A stretch of DNA of 63,824 bases, counting the filler, from Reticulomyxa filosa (lineage: Eukaryota; Protista; Foraminifera), in the NCBI GenBank assembly GCA_000512085.1. It is 12 parts of 12 records of this genome, joined end to end, with 100 filler letters (N's around TTAATTAATTAA, not from the genome) between each part and the next. Parts side by side here need not be neighbours in the genome. Positions count along the whole stretch, not along the records: positions 51,613 to 56,278 come from ASPP01012795.1; positions 56,379 to 58,366 come from ASPP01042501.1; positions 58,467 to 60,874 come from ASPP01022752.1; positions 60,975 to 62,675 come from ASPP01020598.1; positions 62,776 to 63,824 come from ASPP01004144.1; 7 more parts are not named here. One strand, written 5' to 3'. The first letter of the stretch is position 1; every line of letters starts with the position of its first letter. A program made the position numbers and the translations under genes. Below, piece by piece: positions 51,874 to 63,824 of the stretch. The notes below the pieces were generated by a model. That model made no database searches and was not told the origin of the DNA. It saw nothing but the letters and a program-made list of their open reading frames with translations.

Positions 51874-52329
51874 TTGTTTAAGAGAAGAAAAATCAGACAA
51901 ATTTTAACTAGTTATGTTATAACACACTTTTCCGTGCAATCATATCTAAAATAAAAAGCTGAACCACGAAACGTACGTCTTCAACCGAAATGCTTTTCGG
52001 ATTTCAAAAAAAGATTATTCTAGACATTTTTGGACGCATGCGTCAATAGTCATTTGTATGCTATTTTTGCTTGCTATTGGATAGTTAAAAGAAAAATACG
52101 GTAAAATTTGTTCAAAATCTTGGAAAGTATCAAGAAATTTAAGTTTAACAATTTCAAATTGTGGCGTGTGAAATGAAACAGTTCAATTTCGAAAAAGTTT
52201 TACGAATTTCCTCACATCATGATTTTACTTCCGGTTTTGTTTGCATTTTTTTTCCTACTTAGCAAAGGGGAGCAAATATATCCAGGTTAAGTTGTGTAAC
52301 TCAAAAAAACAAAAGCACTTGGAAATCAA

Positions 52330-53292
52330 CAGTGAAACAGACAAAACAAACGTGCAAGATAGAAATAGAGGTAGTAGTGGAAATAGCCAACCTAACCAAG
52401 GAAGACGTATCAACAGTAGACTACAATCACTTATTTCTCACAGCACTGGACGAATCATCGGAATGGAGTAGTTACGATGAAGAGTTTGAAGAGCATGTGT
52501 CGATCACCTTAATTGAAGAACAACGTTATGTGGGTCAAATGTAAAAAAGGAGTGCAAAGACATATTTTATTTTATTTTTATTTTTTATTTTTTTTGTTAA
52601 TGTGACAACCATATAAACTTGGGTAGTATTATTTTTCTATGCATTGCATATTAGAAAAAAAGTATATACATATACGTATATATATTTTTGGCATTGGGTT
52701 TGCACAACAAATAATAATATAAAAAGACGAAGGACAAGAGTGGTTGGTGGTGGACTACGCTGTGCAAATAGTAGAACATGACTTAGTATCAAAGTTCAAA
52801 CATATAGTAACTGACAGCTCATTTCAAAGCAAATTCAATATCGCATTAAAAGAGCAGTTGGAACTAGAGCACGTCTCACATTCCGAAGAGTCGCAAGTGT
52901 ATTCAGTTCACGTTATCACAGAACACACTGACAAAAAAAAGGAAACAGAAGTTGAGAGTTTTGTTACTTTATTATTTATTCATTTTTATTTTTTTTTTTT
53001 TTTTTGCTTTCTGGCAGACAGAGTCTATTTTTGTGACACAAAAAAAAAAAAAAAAAAAAAAAAAAGATATTGGTATAATCATCGGCATAGTGATTGGTAT
53101 TTTGATACTTACGGCTATTGTTGTCGCATTGTACAATCGAACTGGTAATGTGTACACGCTTATATATGCATATACATACTTTTTCTTTTTTCGGTTGTAG
53201 TCCACTCTCCCTTTAACGAAACACAAAATGCTACAATAGAAACATATCAAAAGCACAAGAAGGAAATTGAACAAATATTTGCAAATCCATAA
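52330..53292 (+). CDS. Single-pass membrane protein (C-terminal TM), multi-exon, start unclear
   Basis: Exons at about 52330-52525, 52727-52950, 53067-53144 (DIGIIIGIVIGILILTAIVVALY) and 53200-53292. Confidence 0.5.
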
Positions 53293-53744
53293 AAAAAAAA
53301 AAACACAATCAAAAATAAGCCAATCAAAATTTTAAACCGATCATGAAAAAGCAGAATCACTTTTATGATCATTGTGTTTATTTCTCTCCAACAACTTTTA
53401 ACCACATTACCTTACAATTTTGTACAAAGAAAAAAGATGTTATCGGCTTGGTTGAGAATGAAAACTTATGTTGAGTCATAATTGCTTCCCTTAGACAAAA
53501 ACAAAATTTTTTCGTGTTAATAAAATCGACTTTCTTACTATAACCCTCAAATACCCGTCTCCAAAAACGAAATCAAAGGAAGATAGAATAATTTGCTTTT
53601 ATTGAGGAAGTAACTTTGATTATTTTGCGACAGTATCAAATGTTTAATCGTGTAGCCCCTTTTTTTTTTGTAGGTCGCTTTTCGGACGACATTGAACGAA
53701 AACATTTTTGAGTGTTTGGAAATTTTGTCTTCTCAACTGGAGTA

Positions 53745-54663
53745 ATGATGGCACAATCGCCTATTGCTGACATTGTGGCCAAATTAGGTGAGACAATGGT
53801 GTTGCTGCAGTTTTTTTTTTAAAGCCAAAAAAACACATTACAAAACAGAAAAAAAAAAAAAAATTTATATATAAAAAAATGAATGACGAAAAGGAAGCAG
53901 AATTTCTGACATTCGTTTTCGTGCGTTGGACAATATATTATTTAAACTCTCAGTGCAGCTGCTGACATTAAAAGATTTGAGCAAAGAGCCATCTTTCATT
54001 CATTTGGCAATTGAATGGTTTAAGTTCGAGCCCAACCGGTAAGCCAAACGAGAAAAAAAAAATGAAAAAGAGAAAGGGTGGGGAGGGGGGGGGGGAGGAA
54101 AAAACAAAAATAAAATAAAGAAACGTTGAAGCATGTTCTTGGCATGTACCCTTTTGAATTTTGTTTGTTAAAAAGTATACATTTTAATGAGACGTTGTTG
54201 CAAGACCATCTTTGATCGATAAGAGACCAAACTAAACTAAGTCAAATTAAATCAAACAAATAAAAAAAACAAAATGAAAAACAAAGACAAAGGTTTTATG
54301 ATATGCTGCGGATATTGAATGAGATGCTGTTGATAACGGACAAGGAAACGTCGTTTGAAGTGAAAAAGCAGATGATGTTGAACGAAGCGCGCAAAACACT
54401 GAGTAGTTTGGCGAGCGTATATGAAATGACGGCAAAAGAGGTGGAATTGGTGAGGAAGATTGAGCAGACGCTGCAACATCACGAGACAGGTGCAATGCAC
54501 ATGGCTATCAAAGACGTGAAGAAAAAAGAAAAAGAAGAACAAGAAGAAGATGACGGGAACAAAAAAGAACAGAACCGGAACAAAATGAAAGTAAGTTACG
54601 ACTCAACCTTATCGGCCTTACAACAAGAAGAAAAAGAAAAAGAAGAAGATGACGATGACGATG

Positions 54664-54695
<32 letters not shown>

Positions 54696-56239
54696 GATAA
54701 TGATGATGATGATGAAAAAAAAGAGATATTGTCGAGTGAGCAGAGGTTAACATACGAAGGGGAATGGTGCTTCCCAGTAGTGGCATTGGTGTCATCCGAT
54801 GTGGAATTGTTGCGTGACGTGGCGATGGGACTAAAGAACTGGAATAGCAATAGCGCTCGAGGACAGTACGCAATATATGAGTTGCAAAGCGTGGTATTGA
54901 ACGACTTCCCCGCCGAGGTGTGTCTGCAAAAGAACACACGTGTGCTCGCGAGTGCACTGCACGCATGGAGTCATTGGCACGCTCTCGCCACGCACGAGCG
55001 CGTCGTCGCCACGGAGTTGGCGCTGCGCTTCCTCCGCAAGCTCGTTGCCAAGTTGCAAGAGTCATTGAACCTGTTGTGCGATCCGAGTGTCATGTCTATC
55101 GCCACCTTCCATCCCAATGTCTCTACGCATATTGATTCTCTGACATCATCTTCATTCAAGCACAAGCAGGAACATTACAATAACAATAACAATGATAATG
55201 ATAATGATAATGGTGATGATGAATATACATATGACATTGCCTATGAATATCCACAATCAAGAAAAGATATATCTTTACGCAAAAAAAAATCTAATATCGA
55301 TGATGGAGATGAACACAAGGAAGAAGAAGATGAAGAGGAGAAGAAGAAAGTTCAGGCCATTTCAAAGGATTCAGATTACAGTCAAATGCATTCGCTCACA
55401 GAGTTTGTTCATCGTACCTTGTGCGTACTGTACGGACAGTGGCTGCCTCACTCCTCCTCCTCTTCCTCCTCTTCCTCCTCTGATGACGATGACGATAACG
55501 CATTTTCTGTGCTGGCCGCATCTCGCAAGCTCGTCGACTTGTATTACTTCCTTAAAAAACATGACAAAGTGCACATGACCCAATGCTCCATTCAATCCCT
55601 GCTGCAAACCCTGCTCGCCTTGCAACCTTTTTACAAAGGTCTCTTGTCTTGCTGGCCCCGTCCACATACCACTCAAGAATGGTTTGTCGTCGAAGTCTGT
55701 CGAATCACTATTCGACTTATCCAGTATTTGCCACATCATTTGGTTTTGTTTTTTTTTTTTTTTGTTTATATTATTTCCGTTCTTCGTATACCCTCTTGCA
55801 CTGATCTAGACTTAGACAAATTTGATTTTGCACAGTTGGATGATGACCACGTCCCAGAGTCCATCTCCACCGTCCTCGTTCAACTGCTCACTCAACACAT
55901 CGAACTGTCCAGTACGTGTCCCGATTTGAAATCCGAGGCTTTAGATTTGCTGCGCTTCCTACGGCCGTCCATTTGCAATGTTTTGTGTCTCAAATACACA
56001 TATATGTATATGTGCATATATAAGTGTATTTGTTTGATGAACACAAATCATAGCAAATAACATATGCGGAATATGTAATGCAAACTTTAAACGAATTGCA
56101 AACTGCCGAAATCACTGCAAACAACCTTCCATTCTTGCGATCAGTCTTTGTCGCTCTACCATTTGACAAACTGCGTTTGCAAGAGGTCGTCCGAGTTCTC
56201 TTTGTCGATCCAAGTCAAGTCATTCCATGCACATATACA

Positions 56240-56278
<39 letters not shown>
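53745..56278 (+). CDS. RTTN: Rotatin-like centriole/basal-body protein (3'-truncated)
   Basis: IVAKL..DIRFRALDNILFKL..DLSKEPSFIHLAIEWFKF (RTTN_N-like); WCFPVVALVSSD and LQSVVLNDFPAEVCLQ match rotatin motifs. Confidence 0.8.
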
Positions 56279-56378
56279 NNNNNNNNNNNNNNNNNNNNNN
56301 NNNNNNNNNNNNNNNNNNNNNNTTAATTAATTAANNNNNNNNNNNNNNNNNNNNNNNNNNNNNNNNNNNNNNNNNNNN
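56279..56378. other. Artificial contig spacer
   Basis: N44-TTAATTAATTAA-N44. Confidence 0.98.
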
Positions 56379-58366
56379 GTGAATGAAAAGGATAGACACA
56401 ATGCAATCCCTAAAAGACGCTGCTATGTGTGTTCACCAAAGATTATGAATGATTATGGATGATATTATTGAAACGAACCTCAAATAACAATGAAATGTTA
56501 TGTGCTTGAAATCACACAACAATACTCAGATTAGCGTGGACCACTTTCATTCGATGCACTTCAACTCATCAATGCACAGAATTTGGTCAAATATTATGCG
56601 TCGCCCTTTACATGTATTTGTGATTATGCTATTTATGACCTCTGATATCGACACACCAAAGCTACATTGAAACATTTCCAAGATACAATTGGAATGGTTT
56701 TTGTGTTGATTTGATGGAAAATATTAAATCGTAGTATACCGCCCGTCAAGTAAGATTGGCAGAGAATGATTAGCCTTATTGCTTCGAATGCATTTGAAAG
56801 AAGATTGAAGTTAAAAAAAAAAAGATTATTTTTGTCTTTCTAAGTAATTTGAATGAATTTGTTGTTTGTTGTTTTTGTTGTTACAAACAACTGGAATGTA
56901 CTAAGTCCACAGAGGCATAGATGGTGGAATCGCAAATGAAAAAGAAGAGAATGTGCAAAAATGCTGAAGTAAATATTGCTGTCTTGGTGAGAACGGAAGC
57001 ATCACAAAAAACAACAAAGAAAAATTTGGTTTTGCAAACGATATCCAAAAAATAATAATAGTATAGTGATTCTTCCATGATGAACAGCACCAATAACAGC
57101 GAATAATATCAATGGAAAAGACACATGAAGAGATTGGACCGGGAAACAATATTGGTTCGTCCACAGTATTGGGAGTACCATTTCCACTCAATCAAAAACA
57201 AATTGGTGGATCTTTTCCAAGACGACATGAGTCAAGAAAGTAATTTGCCATCTTTATCATAACGCGCAAACTCTCAATATCACATTTTGCACTTGCAGTA
57301 ATACCTGCGTTCTCAAGGTTCACTTCGTTTCGCCAAATACACAAATAATCCTGCTATCGTGAACATGAACACGACCACATTATTCCGCGTCTTGCCTTGG
57401 TTCATGTCCAGAAACAAAGTGACGTCTTAACACATTAAACAATGATCAAATCATTGTATTAAATGTGAATAAGAACAAGGTCACGAATACTGCCTTTCAA
57501 TTGGCTGTCATTTCCATTGTCATTGCTATTGGCTCCGTTTCGTCATTGGCACTTGAGATTACGTTGATATCATGGTCTAGTCTTGGGGTCACAGTTGTAT
57601 CAACCTATCTCCTCTTTCTTCTTTTTCTTCTTCGTCTCTTGCATTGGATGCTACCAAAGACGCTTTCGATCGAGTCTCAATGTTAGCGATGACGATACAA
57701 TGTATTGCAAAACGTGTGCTGTTGCTGCATTAGTCGAAGCAAAGTAAATACACTTACCACAGACTCGGAATACGCACAAACAACGCGGAAATGAAAAACG
57801 ACATTGTCACAATATACAAAATTGTGCAATGTTGTCCGTCCAATTCACTCGATAATGAAATACGCCACAACAAAGCATATTGGCTCATCGTTATTTGCTT
57901 TTTTTTTCTTTTTAGTTTTATTGTGTGTTTTACTGTCATTGCTGTGATCGAATGTGTTTACTCTAATTGTTGTTATTTTTTTGACCTATTCTTTCGCCAT
58001 TCTTTATTCGCATCAATGTCTGAACCAGTTGATTGAAATAAACAATCCAAATAAAGTTAAATGGATCCTTTCTTGCAATCTTCTGTTTCTGCAGTCCAAA
58101 ACATCTCATCTCCAAGTGTTTCTTCCTTGGAGAGTTTGTTTGTGAATTAGTTTTTCAATTTCACTAAACTTTTGCGGTGAACAATGTTACTTGAAAAATT
58201 CTTTTCTTTTTAAAAACAAAAAAAGTGAAAAGACAACGAAATATGAGCCGTTCGTTAACGTGATCCACTGATTGAAAAACATTGGGGAAAAAAAAGAATG
58301 AACAAATGAGACCAACAATAAGTTAATCACCTAGAATATGTATATAAGACAAAGCTAATTCAAAAT

Positions 58367-58466
58367 NNNNNNNNNNNNNNNNNNNNNNNNNNNNNNNNNN
58401 NNNNNNNNNNTTAATTAATTAANNNNNNNNNNNNNNNNNNNNNNNNNNNNNNNNNNNNNNNNNNNN
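58367..58466. other. Artificial contig spacer
   Basis: N44-TTAATTAATTAA-N44. Confidence 0.98.
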
Positions 58467-59169
58467 AATTGATTGTCCACAATAATCAGTAAGTGGAATT
58501 ACAAAAAATCGTCACAACAAGGAGGGTCAATTGTTACAACGAAGCTTCGTAATGTTAATGTACGTATTATTTTTTTATTAGATCATGTTTTTATGTTGTT
58601 TTTTTTTGTCGCTGTTTTGTGATTAAATAAGAAAAAGCTAAAAACTCATTTCAAAACATTTCGAGTCTAACACTTCAATACTTTGACTATCCAAAAAAAA
58701 AAGTCATCAATGATTTAATTTGTGCTATTTTTTTTTTTTGAATTATTACAAGTGGAAAAAATATTTGATACCGAAACAAGAAAACAGATGAAAAATCTAT
58801 GACTGAATGAAATAAAAAAATACTTTGAACGCAAACTGCTGCAATGCTGACTCAATAGTGAAAGCGCGTGATTACCGAAGACACAAATGTGCAAGACAAC
58901 GAGTTTGAATTGAATCATCGGTTTACCACAATCAGCAAAGATCGAGAAAAGTTGAAATCAAAACGAGTTGTTGATGTTGAAATAGCAGTAGGACGAACAG
59001 GTTTATTTTAATAATAATTTATCATTTATAATTTTGTTTTGTTTATTCAAGTGAACAAATGAATAAAAAAAATATATGTACATTATATATATATATGAAA
59101 GGAATCAATAGAAATGAAAGTATTGGATAAACCACTTGCTCAAGGCCATGATAGCAAAGGCAAGTTTTC

Positions 59170-60820
59170 TACGAGACATGTCTGACGATGAAAGACATTG
59201 ACAAAGTATCCCTACAATTATCCGAACTGAGCTTGTATGCAGCAATATGCAGTCGAATTGCGAATTTGTGGTCGTCCACTACATGAAACCTTTGATGAAA
59301 TTGAGGAAGGATCAACAAAGACTCTCGTGGAGTGGAACTAGACGAATGGGATGCCAATGTTATGATCGGGACATTCAAAGGACGTAAGTTCCAATAGAGG
59401 AGCATTTGTGCATTGATCTCAAGTAATCAGATACTACGATATTATTAGATTGGAAAATGGAAGTGATTGGAATATAGATATCAAAGAGTATGTCATCACG
59501 GAGTTTGCCAAAGACGCATGGGTCGGACTCGTGTTTGAATGACTTTTCGGCCAATGCCATGGCCATGGACCAGCACAGTCAAGAACGTTGTTGACTTTAG
59601 GACGCATCCATATCGAGGATTTTTTCGCGCACGCCAAAGCATCTCATCGAAAACTTGGGGTTCGATCATCAACGAGCCATTCAACATGGCGCCGCAGGCC
59701 AATAACGTCAAGCGCGATATCCACTTGAGCGTCGGAGACCACATTCTGTTGACAGAAGGAAGCACCGGCGTTGTAAAATATATTGGCAACGACTCAAGTG
59801 ATCCCCCCCCCCCTTATTGGACACAGTGTAGGCCCCAATGCCAACAATAAAACTATTTGATGGACAAACACTGTTTCAAACCAAAATGGGAAGGGACGAT
59901 AGTCAATGTTCCCAAGTGTTTGTCGTCCAAGTCCGACGCAGAATCATTGTTCAAAGAAGAAAAAGAAAAAGAAAAAGAAGATCACATTTTGTCGCATTCG
60001 AGCGAAGAAGGGGGGGTTTATCACATTGGCCGACGTAAAGTAAAACTTGGACAAATATCAGACACCATTGCAACAAGAATTGCTGAAACATCTGCGTTAG
60101 TTGATGCGAGGACGGACTGGCAAGGTAAAGTACATTGACCCTTTGTGAGCGACGAATTCTGAAATTATTGGTATCAAAATGAAACTCATAGAATCTCAAT
60201 TAACACAATTGGCAAAAGGTCTTTTTACTGGATCATATTTTACAAATCACTCCGAAATCATTAATCATATCATATTGCAGCTTACTTGGAGCAATCACAA
60301 ATCCAACTGCAGCGACAGAAGCAAATCCTCAGTATGTGAAAAACATCTTTCAAAAAAAATTGCACTCCAATATCAAGTTGGGTCAATTGCAAAATTTGAC
60401 AGAAGCCTTTGAATTCAATTATCCACATCGTCGAAAATCGAACATAGATGATGTGGTCAGATGTGTGAGTCGAACACGGCGCTAAATACCCCCTTCTTGA
60501 ATGTGCCACCTGCGACGCAAAAAAGCCTCGGCTGTGAGAACCGATGATAGAGTCATTCTTGACACAGGCGACATTGGCAAGACTGTGTTTGTGGAGTCAG
60601 TTTTGACGACCGAGAAATCTTTCGTATTTTGTTGGATAATTGGTTCGCCCAACGATCACAACGGAACTGCTGATGACATGCAATGCTTTGTGGTGCTTGA
60701 GGGAAGAAGTTTGCTGGTCCCCTTTTGCCATCCAAACACCGTCACATAAGAAACACCCTTTTTTCATGATGACCGGTCAGTTATAACTGGCATTGCAAAG
60801 TATTTGCAAGATCTCTCACA
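59170..60820 (+). pseudogene. Decayed tandem CAP-Gly domain gene, copy 2
   Basis: GVELDEWDAN..TFKGRKF, LSVGDHILLTEGSTGVVKYIG, DDRVILDTGDIGKTVFV..PNDHNGT..CF; stops and frameshifts. Confidence 0.65.
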
Positions 60821-60874
60821 ACATGCTAATGAAGAGATTTACAGCAACGAGTTACATACTTTCTCAAAAATATA

Positions 60875-60974
60875 NNNNNNNNNNNNNNNNNNNNNNNNNN
60901 NNNNNNNNNNNNNNNNNNTTAATTAATTAANNNNNNNNNNNNNNNNNNNNNNNNNNNNNNNNNNNNNNNNNNNN
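60875..60974. other. Artificial contig spacer
   Basis: N44-TTAATTAATTAA-N44. Confidence 0.98.
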
Positions 60975-61657
60975 TTTTTTTTTTTTTTGTCAACACCACG
61001 TAAAAGTCAAAAAAAAAAAAAATCGTACCATTGATAAAGCACACCGCGGGGGATTTATGTTCAGTTACAAACTTTCGAACCAAAGGTCCACTGTCTTGTG
61101 GTTTTTCGTAAAATCGTTCTTCCAAAGTTCCTTGAACTACACGCAGCCAACATTCTGATCCGCCGTGGTCATGGATAGGGCTTTTTTATCCCAAATGTTT
61201 TATTACCAAAAAAAAAAACACAAGTTTTTGAAATGGTTCTTTTTAATAAAAAAAAAATTAATTATCATTATTTTTTTGAAAGCTGACACCTGACAGTTTT
61301 AGGAGGCCAACAAAGCAACATCAATGTAAAATATTTGTTTCTTGTGATCAAATTTCTTGAGTATTTTCCTTCCTCCTCTTCCATCAATGCGAACCGTTGC
61401 CAGTCTCCAAACTTTTCATCGTACCGCTCCATTAGAGATTGCACTTCACTCATGATTGCTTTTTCATGGTAGTCTCCTTGTGATAAAGACTTGTGCAACG
61501 CAGGCACTAATTCTCGAAAATGTAATCCTCCGGTTGTCTTCTCTGGAGCCAACGGCTTGTCTTGTGCTTTTGTCTCCACTTTCTCAACGTTTTTTTCAAC
61601 GTTTGTTTCATCTTTTTTTTCCTCTTCAGGAACTATTTTTGCAATTTCTTGTGACAT
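60975..61657 (-). CDS. CDO1: Cysteine dioxygenase (3'-truncated)
   Basis: DWQRFA..KYSRNLI..FTLMLLCW, SPIHDHGGSECWLRVVQGTLEERFY (cupin HxH motif plus the cross-link Cys position). Confidence 0.88.
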
Positions 61658-62640
61658 TAAATAACTTTTTGTTGCAAGAAAGGGAAAAAATCCCAATAAT
61701 TAGAAAAGGAATTCCAAGTTTTTTTCAGCCAAAAAGTTCACTTTAAAAACAGCCCCAGACAAAACATATTCTTTTGACGCATAACAACAACGTTGTTGTA
61801 ATTTTCTTTAAATTAACGCTTATTTTTATTTTATTTTTACAGATTTTTTTCAAAGAAAAAGTAAAACACATGAAACTTTATGAATATTATTTTCTTGAAC
61901 TTTGTCAAGAATAAACAAAGATTCAAGTGTACAATTAAAGAAGAGTAAATTGCTTTCACAATTATAGGAAGCGTTCTTCCATATTACAACGTGAAAAAGT
62001 TTGGAATCTTTTTATTCCTAAAATTTTTCTTTTTACTTTCACAAAATCTTGTTTTCTAGTTTTTTATTTTTGGTAATCGTTTCTTATATAGTTTATTTTG
62101 TCTTTAAGAAAACATCGGTTGGAGTGAGCCTTCTTTCGTATTACAGTTACCGTTTCACACTCTTCTTAGGTCAAAAACTTTGTTTATTTATTTCACAAGC
62201 CAAAAAAAGTTAAATTTAAAGGAGAAATCAATAAAAAAAAATTATGTAGATAAAGTGTATAATAAAGTTTGCCTCTTTTTTTTCAAGGGGCACAACAAAT
62301 AAATAACGTTTGAGTAGTCAAAACAATAAATGTTTAATATTTTTTGTGCACAAAAGTAACCAAGTGATGGCAGACAAACTTCCACGAGTAGGTTGCCGTA
62401 AAATGACCCTTGCAACCAGAACAAATACAATAAAAACATGAGGCAAATGAGGAGAGCAAAAAACGAAAAATCTACAAAAGTTTACGTCGCATATGAGCAC
62501 ACCCCCAGAGAAAAAAAACAAAACTATCAACAAGAAAACAAAAACATGCAGAGACAAGAACACACCAAAACCACACATTTGGCTCACAAATGGTTTTCCA
62601 CGTTTATTTTTTGTACATCACCCGCAAGTTATTTTGTTTT

Positions 62641-62675
<35 letters not shown>

Positions 62676-62775
62676 NNNNNNNNNNNNNNNNNNNNNNNNN
62701 NNNNNNNNNNNNNNNNNNNTTAATTAATTAANNNNNNNNNNNNNNNNNNNNNNNNNNNNNNNNNNNNNNNNNNNN
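62676..62775. other. Artificial contig spacer
   Basis: N44-TTAATTAATTAA-N44. Confidence 0.98.
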
Positions 62776-63004
62776 CTACTACGTATACAGCTATGTGAAA
62801 AAAAAGGGTGAAGACAATACCTGCGCCAATAATCCCTCCCAACAAAAATAATGACATAATGATGCTGCTCATATGAATGGACGTTGAGCTGCCGCAGCAT
62901 CCGTCGCCTTGTGACGGCTTTATTTCGGCACCTTCGGTAGCTTCGTACTTCTCTTGAGTTACCGCAAACGGTGGAGCGCTGGGTAATGGTTCGTTGGCTG
63001 TCAT
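62776..63004 (-). CDS. Hypothetical membrane protein N-terminus (3'-truncated)
   Basis: MTANEPLPSAPP..GCCG..IIMSLFLLGGIIGAG; more GC-rich than the upstream DNA. Confidence 0.5.
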
Positions 63005-63824
63005 TTCTGCTCTATCTTGCACGATTAACTAAAAACCCAAGCGCTTTTGTGAACACGTTTTTACCCTTTTTTTTTTTAAGTTAAAAACTTCAACTTTTTT
63101 TTTGTGGTTTTTTTTTTTTTGCACTCTAAAGTGTATCGGACCGTATATTGTATAAAAACGGTCTTCCTTTGATGCAGACCCATTTTTGGAGAATTCAGTT
63201 TTACCAATATGCTGAAAAAGAAATGTGTAAAGACTGATCTAAATGTTTTAGTTTTTTGCCAGAAAGCGTCAATTAGTGGATAAATTGTTTTTTGCTCAAT
63301 AAGTAATTTGCAGACAAACAAGTTTGCAGCATTATCATTCGCTGAAACTAATAAATTAAAAGATTATCATATCTACAATCCAAACGAAAATTTTGACATG
63401 TTTCAAAAGTGTATCATCCACTTTCGGGCATTAATAATATATATGTCCATAAAACATAAATACTTTAAGCTTAACTGTAAAAATACATTCAATTGTGCTG
63501 TATATACAATTGCTTTTTTATGTGTCGTATAAATCTGTGTTAACATTGTGTTCAATGAAGCAAATGTATGTGAATATATTCGCTTGCCAGACTTCTCCAT
63601 AGTTAACTTGTTGCAATTGATGTAAAATTTGTATTTGAGTTTACTTCAAAACTAACATTTTCCAAAAAGTTCTTCCCACTAGCAACGATAGAACAGTGGT
63701 TTCTGTTTTTTCTTTTGTTGCTCATTTTCTTTTTTTTGTATGTCATTTCCCCTTTTGTGTCGTTTTCGTTTGGTTGTGGTTCTTTTTTTATTTTTTTTGA
63801 ACTTGTTTTGTGAAAAAAAACATA

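Noticed and set aside
10220-56278. (TA)n, poly-A/T and AAT/GAT microsatellites
   Set aside because: Ordinary intron and low-complexity features; they mostly mark where the assembly broke
56379-58366. Possible decayed membrane-protein gene on the minus strand
   Set aside because: Coding-like composition, but many stops and no recognisable motif, so it cannot be assigned
62242-62587. Hydrophobic minus-strand ORFs
   Set aside because: May be a terminal exon of a membrane protein, but the frame is ambiguous and T-rich sequence alone yields hydrophobic translations
3174-62775. Recurring TTAATTAATTAA within N runs as a biological repeat or CRISPR-like array
   Set aside because: Fixed 100-bp artificial linker joining contigs; ORFs ending in ...XXXLIN are artefacts

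Overview
This is eukaryotic, AT-rich, intron-containing DNA. It consists of 12 unrelated contigs joined by 11 artificial 100-bp spacers (N44-TTAATTAATTAA-N44), so gene neighbourhoods only mean something within a contig. The gene-family signatures (WD40 proteins with an N-terminal 'IxxWxRxLxIxxGWIxDFxKIxxxY' module, Kelch relics, caspase-like+TPR proteins, many pseudogenes, homopolymer frameshifts) strongly suggest a foraminiferan such as Reticulomyxa filosa; this is my inference. Recognisable genes: PNPase (partial), Ser/Thr kinase (partial), DEK_C+SWIB (UAF30/spp27-like), Ras-family GTPase, cohesin STAG/Scc3, two WD40 proteins, DUF1769, a macrodomain, a JMJD4 fragment, NSF, a secreted beta-helix protein, an FN3-SPRY protein, a 14-3-3 fragment, rotatin and cysteine dioxygenase. 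The most interesting items are: (1) a RelA/SpoT-synthetase-like nucleotidyltransferase fused to ankyrin-like repeats, with one repeat per phase-0 exon; (2) a ubiquitin-fold/pseudo-caspase/TPR receptor-like protein; (3) a multi-hairpin structured-RNA candidate at 12981-13220; (4) a prokaryote-like NosD/beta-helix gene that carries spliceosomal introns; (5) two decayed CAP-Gly paralogues with complementary deletions. All calls come from manual motif recognition; no database search was run.
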